Of a stretch of 64,000 nucleotides of DNA, positions 54,643 through 64,000 are shown in pieces. The translations under genes were made by a program, and so were the position numbers. The DNA is from Octopus sinensis (taxonomy: Eukaryota): positions 43,586,001 to 43,650,000 of the forward strand of contig NC_043012.1 in NCBI RefSeq assembly GCF_006345805.1. The letters run 5' to 3'. Each line of letters opens with the position of its first letter. The first letter of the stretch is position 1. The notes under the pieces are model-generated. The model saw nothing but the letters and a program-made list of their open reading frames with translations. It made no database searches and had not been told where the DNA came from.

Positions 54643-54646
<4 letters not shown>
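51985..54646 (+). mobile_element. R4/Dong-type RLE non-LTR retrotransposon, 5'-truncated, zinc finger deleted
   Basis: NWKAPGHDKI; EEQKGCRKGSYGCKDQLMIN; WIDYKKAFDS; GIFQGDTLSPL; HLLYLDDLKLY; RLE motif RPDIVV...CFLIDVSIP...EKLSKYKDL; 3' UTR followed by (TAA)n. Confidence 0.93.
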
Positions 54647-54716
<70 letters not shown>

Positions 54717-54730
54717 TAATAATAATAATA

Positions 54731-54771
<41 letters not shown>

Positions 54772-54772
54772 C
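54647..54772. repeat. (TAA)n(TGA)n array
   Basis: Directly visible between two R4-type fragments. Confidence 0.95.
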
Positions 54773-55105
54773 TGTAACAACCTGCACTTAGCCGAAGTAA
54801 CAATCAAAAGAGGTATCTTCCAGGGAGAGCCTTGTTCCCCATTGTTATTTGTTATAGCCTTGATCCCACTTTCTGTAGTCCTAAGCAAAGTCAACGCGCA
54901 TTATAATCTGAAAAAGAATGGACCTCGTCTCAACCACCTTCTCTTCAGGGATGATTTTAAATTGTTTGCAAAAACAGAGCCCGAAATGGAGAGGCTGGTT
55001 GAGACTGTACAGATGTGTAGCAGGGATATAGGGATAGAATTCCTTATCTCGAAGTATGCGGTGCTTACTTTCAAATGGCGGAGTGGGGGAAGAACCGATT
55101 GTAAG
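54773..55105 (+). pseudogene. R4/Dong-type RT core fragment
   Basis: KRGIFQGEPCSPLLFVIAL...NHLLFRDDFKLFAK in ORF 54713..55219. Confidence 0.85.
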
Positions 55106-55109
55106 GGCA

Positions 55110-58100
55110 TAGAATTGTTTATTGCTTCCTACATAACTCCTAGTGGACTACTCTCCTTAGGTTGTCATGTCTTTTCTTGTATTCAATCTGTGGCAGCAAA
55201 CTATCAGGTCCTCCCATAAGTTCTGTCCGATTTTACCTTTTTTTTTTTAAAATTGAAATTTAATAGTATTTTAGAATGTCTAATGGAATTAAAAATTATT
55301 TTTATGCATTTGTGTACATTTAAACTAATTAAATATTATTTTACAGAATAAAAGAATTAAAACTTCTTTGATTAAACCTCTTTCTAACATGGAAGTATCC
55401 AAAGAGCATTTGAGGTACATAATGCTTTATGAGTACAAAAAAGGAAACTCTGCAGCCGAAGCGACACGAAACATACACTCAGTTTATGGGAAATAATGTT
55501 TAAATGAAAGAACTTGCAGAAGATGGTTTGCAAAATACAGAAGTGGAGAGTTCAGCCTTAAAGACGAAGATCGAACAGGACGTCCAGTTGAGTTTGATGA
55601 TAAGCTCCTTGAGGCATTACTTGAAAAAACTCCTGTATTATCAGTTGAAGAATTGGCAATAAAGCTTAGTTCAAACCATACAACTGTTCATCGTCATCTT
55701 TAACAACTTGGAAATGTTCCTAAACTTGGAAAATGTGTGTCTCATGAATTGTCCGAAAGCAATCGCAAATCCCGAGTTGACATCTGATTTTCTCCCCATT
55801 TTCGCGAACTCATTTCACGCTTTTTGGATAGTCTTGTGACTGGTGACGACAAATGGATCTTCTATCGAAATGTTAAACGTCGTAAACAGTGGCTTGGTAA
55901 AAGGCAAAAAGCTCAACCACGACCGAGACGGGAACTTCATGGGAAAAGGCTCTTCTCTCTATCTGGTGGGATTGCAAAGGAGCAATTCACTTTGAATGGT
56001 TACCACCTAATTCAACAATCAATGTTCAAGTCTACTGTCTGCAATTAGAGCATTTTAACCAAGCTTTGAAGAAAAGAAAACCCGCTTTAGTGAATCGAAA
56101 AGGAATGATGTTTCATCAGAACAATGCGCGACCCCACACTGCAAAGATCACATCACAGAAAATCAAAGAGCTTGGTTGGGAAAAAATTCTTCATCTATCT
56201 TATTCTCCCGACCTTGCTCCTTCAGACTATCATTTGTTTCGTAGTTTACAGAATCATTTGTGGGATATAACTTTCGCAAGCCAGGAGGAGGTCGAAACTG
56301 ACATTTCAGAGTTCTTCGCTTTGACACCAAAAGAGTTTTACGTTGATGGGATTAAAAAGCTTGTAAATAGATGGAAGTCATAGATAATCAGAGAAAGTAC
56401 ATTGATGATTAAATTTCAATTAAATATAACATTTGATCACTTGTTTTCTTTATTCAAAATTCGGTCAGAATTTATGGGATGACCTGATGCATGCACATAT
56501 TATATGGGTAATACTATCCTTCTTTGATTTGCATAACCTACATTAAAAATCTACTTAGTTTTGGTCTATCTTGGCTTTTATCCAATTAGTCCTTAATGCT
56601 TGATCTAGTCCTGCTACTAACAAACATTCTGTCTCCCTTTTCATCCGTCCTTTCCGCAACCATAACCATGTTTACCTACTATTATTTGCTACAACTGTCT
56701 TTCAGAATCTACCATGTAAAGCCTGCCAATCAGATAACATTTGTTCTTCTTTCTGATTTCCCTATGTCCTACTGCGACTAGCAGCTCTCAAAGATTTTGT
56801 TCACTATTACCTACATCTACTCTATATCTACAGATAGAGTCTATAGCTATGATCTATATCTACTTTATTTAACTCCAGGCAGTCTTCTACGAACATTACC
56901 CATCTTTCACCTTCCTTTCTAGGTAAGTATAATCTTGTTACTTCGGCTCGTGGGTAGAGTCCTCCATTCATATTGAATTCCTTACTAGTTGCTCTATCTA
57001 GCTTTGATAATTCAGTTTTTGCTCAGTCTACAAAAGCTGCTGAGTATCTAAGTAATGATACTGCTCAAGTATTTACAGCCTTTACTAAATTCGGACCATT
57101 TAGCTTTGACTTCATTGGTCTCCTCACCCTTCTAATGTACTCCTCAATTTTCGTTTAAAGTTCTGTAGTTAGTACTCTGTCAGATTCTAATCCACCTAGA
57201 TACTCTCCTCCTGTCAATGATTTTAATGTCTGGCTATCTGGTAAATGATTGCCTTCAATGTTAACTATCTGTTCTCTTTTCATGACTAATATTGCAAACT
57301 TATCCATGCCAAATTTCATTCCTATATCTTGGCTGAAGAGTCTTATCCTCTGTATTAAGGAATCTATCTCTTTCTCATTCTTACTATAACAAATGTCTTC
57401 CCTTTACTATTTCTGAACTTTGCCTTCCTTAATGATAAACTGAGGGATATAAAACATGAAATATTAAAGGGGATAACGTATCTGCTTGGAAAATTCTTCT
57501 TTTGATATTAATTTTCCCTAAGACTGTGTTACCTGAGTATAGATCTACTTTCCATTTCTTCATGCTAAAGCTGATTAGTTCTCTTATGTTGTCTGCTATA
57601 CTGCATATACTCAAGAATTCACTTATTCATGTGCATAGGATCATGTCATAGGCTTTCTTATAATCTATCCATGCTATTATTAGATTTTTCTTTCTAGCTT
57701 TTACTTCATATAGAAATGCTTTGTCTATGTATGATAGACCATGCGTTGCTCTAGCCTTCTTCCTGCAAACTTTCTGTTCTCCTGGCAGCAATTTCTGGTT
57801 GTCAAGGTGCTCGTAAATGCTTTCTGAAAGGATTCCTTTTAACAGCTTCCACACTAATAGTAAGCAAGTGATGGGCTATAGTTGCTAGCTGTATTACATT
57901 CGCTCTTATCCTTCATAATGAGTATTGTCCTCCTTCTAGTCATCCAATCTGGTATTATTCCTCCATTAAGGCAATGCTGAAGTTGTTCCCTCAGTCTCCC
58001 TTGTGAGCTACTGAATTTCTTTAGCAAGTACCCTTGAACTAAATCTGCTCCTGGGCCCTTCCAATTCGCCATTTTTCCTAACACTTAACTCATTAATGCA

Positions 58101-59255
58101 CTCGTTAGGCTTAGATATGGCTACTTCTCACTCACTACTTCATTCACTTTCTTTAATCATACTTAAATCATACTGCATCTCCATTATGATTGACTGACTT
58201 ATCCCAAATATTACTCGAGAACTTTCTAGCTACTTCTGCATTAAATATTCTCATCTTTAGTTCTTTCTTTTCCACTGTTTATTTGGTTATAACATTTTTT
58301 CTGGTCTGTCTCAAATAACCTATTCTGATCTTTTCCGATCTCTGGAAAGCTTACCTGCCACGGCTTTGATACTCTGTTTCAATCTTTCTATTACTGTCTC
58401 AAATCTTTTCTCTTTGACCAAGTATCTTTCCTCAAGAGAATATTTAAATCTTGTGTTTCTTAACTTGTTCAGTTTTCAGGATTCTATTTTACTCAAATCT
58501 TGTCTTAAATTATTCACTTTATTTTGTAGTCTCCTTTTCCCCATTTGTGTTTTTCTAATATTTTCTTGCGAAATATCTAAACTACCACACTTCCTGTATA
58601 GATCAATAAGTTGTATCATCTATATTTTTACTATCTAACTTACTGATAACAGAATCTGTTTTCCTAGTCATATCTAGCAGCTTGCTTCTGTTGGCACCTT
58701 TTAATGCTGGCAATCTTTTTCTTCTTTACTCATTCCTTCCTGCAACTCATCTGAAATCTCATTGTCTTCACTTAGTTCACTTAAATTACTGGTGCCAGTT
58801 GTCCCTTCCTTATTGGTAGTGCTATTTTATTTTCCTTTAGGTACTTCTTTGGCTTGGACTGTATCCCTTATGTTGTTGTTGGTCTTTTCTACTGAATAGT
58901 CTTTGTTTTCTAGTTATCGTGTTATTTCCACCGCCAGTTCTGTCACCAATTTTATTCACTTAATAGCATTAGCTTGACTTACTAGTCGCTCACTTTAAAC
59001 ATACCCTTCTAACCCCTTCTTTTGGATTCACTTTCTAAGTAGCACTACATCACTATCCTGTTTCATTTGCAAGTCCACTTCCTTGTCCTTACTCTTTTCT
59101 CTGCTGATGCTGTCTTAGGATAACAGCTGTGGTAGGTCTGCATCTTTATTAATCCACTGCCGAGCGAGAGGCCTTCCCTTAAAAAGGCCTTCTCTCATTT
59201 TCACTGTTACAGCCAGAGTTTCTACGCAAACTCTTGTTTCTCACCATCGTCATTA
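55110..59255 (-). mobile_element. Long decayed R4/Dong-type element (second family) interrupted by mariner
   Basis: NWKGPGADLVQG, EQKVCRKK, WIDYKKAYDM, IFQADTLSPL on minus. The CRLCKSK zinc-finger remnant near 56520 continues as EYKKRHDNLRRVVH at 55150-55200. Confidence 0.8.
55204..56487 (+). mobile_element. Mariner transposon, full length but inactivated
   Basis: Same TIRs as the 21255 copy; GDDKWIF, HQNNARPH and YSPDLAPSDYHLF motifs; stops and frameshifts; TA left, TG right. Confidence 0.93.
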
Positions 59256-59955
59256 CCATTATTATTATTCGACAACTGAAAGTTTCAAGTAACTTTCTAT
59301 TGCATCACTTGCTGCATTCTTGTGTTGGTGAAGTGTGTGCTGCAGTTTTTTTTTCCTTTTGGGGGAATATAGTATTGCATCAGTATGTTTTGTTATGGGG
59401 TTTGGTTTAAGTCTTCTGTTATTTTTGCATTGGGTGCTGTTTCTGCAGTGCAGGTTGTATCCTTCTGTTGGGTATCGGACTTCCATGGTACATGTGGGGG
59501 TTTGTTAATTTTATTGGGTATTTATTGTATGAATTTATTCTCGTATGTTTTTGGAGGAGTGTTGCATAGTAGTGTCTGCAAATCATAAGGCAACCATTCC
59601 ATTGTATTCATGGTTATCTGTCCATCGTTCTTTTTTTGGCTACATTATTCTTTTGGGCAGTAATATTAAGAGATGGGTCCGTCTTTACAACGTCTACTTT
59701 TTGACAGAACACCGTCCATGGAACTGTGTTGATGTTTCTATCATATTTATTATTACCATTGAGGTATAACTGAGAGACCGAGTAGAAACAGTAATGTATA
59801 TATATAGAGAGGATTTGAAAAGATATGGCCGATTAAAATTTTACTCACAGGTTTGCAGTCTTCCTATAGAGATATTGTAGTTCATATGTTTACATTTTCC
59901 CGCACGTTTTGTGTGGCGGGACCTCTGAGGGAAACTATTATACATTCATACATAC

Positions 59956-60031
<76 letters not shown>

Positions 60032-61590
60032 GTGTGTGTGTGTGTGTGTGTGGTGTGTGTGTGTGTGTGTGTTTTTGTGTGTGTGTGTGTGTGTTTTCAG
60101 TGTGTACAAATCACAAAGGAAAATGAATAAATAGTTACCAGGATAGCAAAATTTCACATAAGTGCCAAAGATATTACAGTCTACTTATGAATGTAGAAAT
60201 TCCAGGGTTAAGACATATGGATAAATTAAGAAATGGGGTCAAACGCAGGTGGTGTTCAAATCATTTATACTTTCAATATATGTTTCCAAAAAAAGCCGGA
60301 GTAACTTAATATAAATGGGATTTTGATATAACATCTTGCTCTGTGATAAGGGGAGGGTCAAGGGGAGGTAATCAGATGTTAGGTCAGTTAATAACCTGTA
60401 ATGTAGGTATTAGTGGTAGTTAGAGAATAAGAATTTATCTTTATGTAGGCATGCTGGATTTCTCTCGTCTTGTTTATTAAGTAATTCTGATTTGGCCATT
60501 AAAATGAAGAATTTCTCATTAATGCATAAATTACAGTGGTTATTTTTAAGGTTATATGAAGATAATTTGGCTAAGATGCGCCATTCTAATCTATAATTAA
60601 TGTTATTATGTTTAAGTTCCCAGATGTAACTGCATAATCCGGTAGAGTTAGCTAATTCCTTTTTCTGAAATTTGCGAGATGGGTATTATATCTAAGATTC
60701 ATTTCATTTTTAGTTGCTCCTATACAAGTATTCTTGTAAAAATTGGAGAATACATCACATTGGTAGATTACATTCTTAGTTTTTACATTTATTCAAGAAT
60801 TCACGTGTATTTTTATCTCTGCAACTACGTAGATTAGTCAGATTATCTGCGTCTTTGATATGGTGAGGGAGATTATCATTTATAAGGTGGTTGTCCGTAT
60901 TTTTAGGTGGCGACTTATTTGGGGATCGCTTATTGTATTAGTCGATTGGTTTTTGTGATTTTTATTGTTATTCTTCCTAGTTTTGTAGACGGAGTCTAGC
61001 TTTTTATTGTCAATAGTAGCTAGGTTGCTAGTTAGGAAACGGAATATTCTAATGTTTTTGCTAAAGATTTCGGAGTATTCGTATTCATATTGAAGTGCTT
61101 ATTATTGTTGTAGATTGCAAATTTATGGTTATGATTACTATTATTCTTTCTATTGTTATTTTCATTGCTATTGCTATCAGCTTTGGTAGGGTGGTTTCGA
61201 TTCGATTTCTTTATTTTATTTACTTTCGTATTATAATTGCTAACAGCGACTTTATTGGTTGTTGTAAGTGTAATTTTAAAATTTCTATTGTTATTTTTCT
61301 TAGTCTTATTATTATTATCATTACCATTATTGGTATTATTATTGTTATCATAGCTAATACTGTTATTATTATTATTATGAATCTTATTGTTCTTCCTACT
61401 ATTTTTATTATTACAACTATTATTGCTATTGTTATTATTATTTTTGTGATTGTTATTATAGATATTTTGGCTTTTATTACTATTATTATAAATATAGATA
61501 TTTATGTTATTCAGGTTATACTTTTATAAGGCTCCGAGTAAAGGTACATAATTTTTTGCTTATAGCCTGTATTTTCCAGTGCAGTGTAAT

Positions 61591-62192
61591 CATCATCATC
61601 ATTGTTCGACCGTGGTTGAGACAATGGAATTTACCATGCTACGCCAGACTTCACGGTCCATCATAGCATTACGGAGGTCCTGTTGCTGGATGCCTGTATC
61701 CCTGGAGATTACATCAGGGTAGGAGAATGTGCGCCCTCTGGTATTGCGAGTAGATGGCTTCCAGAGGAGAAGAGTAGAAATTGCCTCGTTTTCAGCTCTA
61801 CAGCAATGTCCAGCAAACTGGACTCTCCTACCTTTCACAAGAGATGACACAGGTGGTAGTTTCCCATATATTTGCATTTTTGTTGGCTGATGCTTCCACG
61901 AGAGATTTTGAGCTCTCATAAGGAGGCGAGTGTTGGTTCCATCCAACCGCCTCTCAAGCTTCTTTGATAACGTCCAGGTTTCTGAGCCATATAGTAGAAT
62001 TGGTTCGACTGTGGCTTTGAATATTTCAAGTTTGAAGTCTCTACTTAGATTTGATGACCAAATCTTATGCATGTCATTACAGGCTGACCAGGCCATACCC
62101 TTTCTAATTAGAAAATCTTTTCCAGATGATGATATATGTGACCTAAGATATTTGTAATCAGAAACCATATTTAAGGGCGCATTGTTGAGGGC
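61591..62192 (-). mobile_element. RTE-X-type LINE 3' end inserted in the PLE
   Basis: ORF 61599..62168 (ILLYGSETWTL, FAGHCCRAE, DREVWR); (TGA)n tail; TSD gcagtgtaat at 61581-61590 and 62193-62202. Confidence 0.88.
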
Positions 62193-62418
62193 GCAGTGTA
62201 ATAATGTTCCTTATATTTATCGAAGATATCTTCGTTGGGCGAGAGATACGAAATTCTTTTACTAATGCCCTGGACAAGTCCTCTCTTTATAAAATTTGGG
62301 TGATTGCTATGTGCATTAATATATTTGAAGTTGGTATTAGGTTTAATGCATGGTTCGTATAATCCCGTGGTTAAATTACAATTGGTAGCTGAATAGTTAA
62401 TATAATAATACTCTTTTT

Positions 62419-62656
62419 ATATAGGCGGCGAGCTGGCAGAACCGTTAGCACTCCGGGCGAAATGCTTAGCGGTATTTCGTCTGCCGCTACGTTCTGAGTT
62501 CAAATTCCGCCGAGGTCGACTTTGCCTTTCATCCTTTCGGGGTCGATTAAATAAGTACCAGTTACGCACTGAGGTCAATGTAATCGACTTAATCCGTTTG
62601 TGTGTCCTTGTTTGTTCTGTGTGTGAGTAGCCCCTTGTGGGCAGTGAAGAAATAAG
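62419..62656 (+). mobile_element. tRNA-derived SINE (family A) inserted in the PLE RT
   Basis: 15-bp TSD aataatactcttttt at 62404-62418 and 62657-62671; A-box-like tggcagaaccg and B-box-like gagttcaaattcc. Confidence 0.9.
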
Positions 62657-64000
62657 AATAATACTCTTTTTCTATCGTGATAGTTAATCCAAACGTTTGA
62701 AAGAACTTGTATATTTTTTTCTTTAGTAGTTCAAGTCTCCTATTGGAGGTGTCTTTAAGGATAAGTAGCCCATCGTCTCTGTATCTCTGGGAATTCGTCG
62801 TGTAAATGAGATGTTAGGTAAATAACCACTAAAACAGATGCCTGTGACGAGTTGGAGACCTCCATTGTGATGTCAAAATAATTATGGGTGTCATTCCTTA
62901 CCCACAGCTTGTTATCGGATTTTACTATAGATTTCCTAGCTTCTACGATTATCTCAATTTCATTCATTGTCAATTTGGTATGTTTTTAGCGAAAATCAGA
63001 GCGCTATTTAGAACCATAGGATTAATTGATGAGTAGTAGAAATCTATGTCTGTTTGAAGGAACTTATAATTATTCTTATTTTGTATATTGGAGAACTATT
63101 TAAGGGCGTCGTGGGTATTTGACCATACTTCTATAGTGATCTTGTTTTGTATAGTAGGAATATATTTATCTAAGCTTAGCTTGCGGATTTACTTACCTCG
63201 CATAGATCGGATTTATTAGGGCAGATTAGTCTAACTTACGTGTCTCTTAAGAAATGTTCTTTGTGGTCCTTAATTGTTATGCGGGGTCTGGAAGGTGCGG
63301 ATGGTTCAGTTTTCTCTTCTAAGTTGTAGTTGGTCATAATCTTTTTGGTGGATAAGTTCATAGATCTTAAAGTCTTATTAGGCACTATTTTGTATATTTT
63401 GTTATATCTTTATGCAACAGCCGGTGGTATAAATTAATATCCAACTTATATGAGTTCCTGATTTTGTTGGAGTGTACAATAATTCCCTTTTGCGAATTTA
63501 GTTTCAGTAGTAGGTCCTTTAAGCTGGGTGTCGTTTAAATTTTAGGTTCCTAATAGTATCCCATAGTTCGTTCTCAAAGGCGTTTAGGTGTCTGTTTGGT
63601 AGGGGTACTTTTCTAGTTTTGAAAATTCTTTCGGTAAAATTGTTGCTGTTGTTGTGATTGGTAGACTCTGTTTGGCTATTTTTAGCGTAGAATAAGGCTT
63701 TCCATCATAAGAATAAGGCTTTCCAGTGGCAGACGGAAATTACTATGGTATGTAGAAAGGTATGAGAGAAGATAGAGGGATGGACAAAGTTGGGGTGAGT
63801 TGGTAGTTAAGATAGAAGTGGTTAGTTTGATAATGAATATGGGTTGGTATTGGAGGGGAAGTACAATGGTAAGCAAAGGTGTATGAAATTGAATAGAGGG
63901 AAGTGAATAGAGAGGAGGAAAGGATTAACAGGTTAGTGTCCAAATGAGTGGGGTAGTATTAAGTGCTTTTGGTTTAGGAGAAATGAAAGGAGACCATCGG

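Larger units (their letters stand above)
60420..63760 (-). mobile_element. Near-complete decayed Penelope-like element (RT + GIY-YIG)
   Basis: WKALFY; ITIKDHKEHF...VRLICPNKSDL; FDITM; YRDDGLLIL (62771-62783); YINAHSNHP; Asn-rich linker; KNVIYQCDV...CSYIWELK...CNLCINEKFFI. Confidence 0.9.

Noticed and set aside
59260-59780. Possible retrotransposon ORF1 remnant on minus
   Set aside because: Multiple stops and no diagnostic motif; cannot be assigned.
61095-61529. 144-aa hydrophobic ORF suggesting a membrane protein
   Set aside because: It is the antisense reading of the Asn-rich PLE linker.

Overview
AT-rich, microsatellite-dense eukaryotic DNA. The repeat inventory resembles an octopod (cephalopod) genome, but that is an inference and no database was searched. 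No intact protein-coding gene is identifiable; most ORF-track entries are translations of (TA)n, (CATA)n, (CA)n or (TAA)n arrays. The window is a graveyard of nested mobile elements: (1) three mariner copies, mariner tails and a Tc1/maT-type fragment; (2) at least six R4/Dong-type RLE non-LTR fragments, several abutting (TAA)n arrays; (3) RTE, RTE-X and CR1-type LINE 3' ends; (4) several Penelope-like elements (PLEs), one nearly complete, with hammerhead-ribozyme-like motifs in pseudo-LTRs; (5) a Chapaev3-like transposase 5' fragment, Helitron-like non-autonomous elements, a probable solo LTR and tRNA-derived SINEs. The most unusual object is a ~2 kb TSD-flanked, Gag/ORF1-only retroposon (30462-32430, minus strand) inserted in a SINE head. 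It carries three 21-bp repeats at an exact 44-bp period in its 3' UTR. Other highlights are a hammerhead family with a recurrent non-canonical CUGU(G/A)GA core, an inverted hammerhead pair inside the TIR of a foldback element, and a 66-bp locally templated insertion. A few isolated exon-like segments suggest a possible unidentified host gene.
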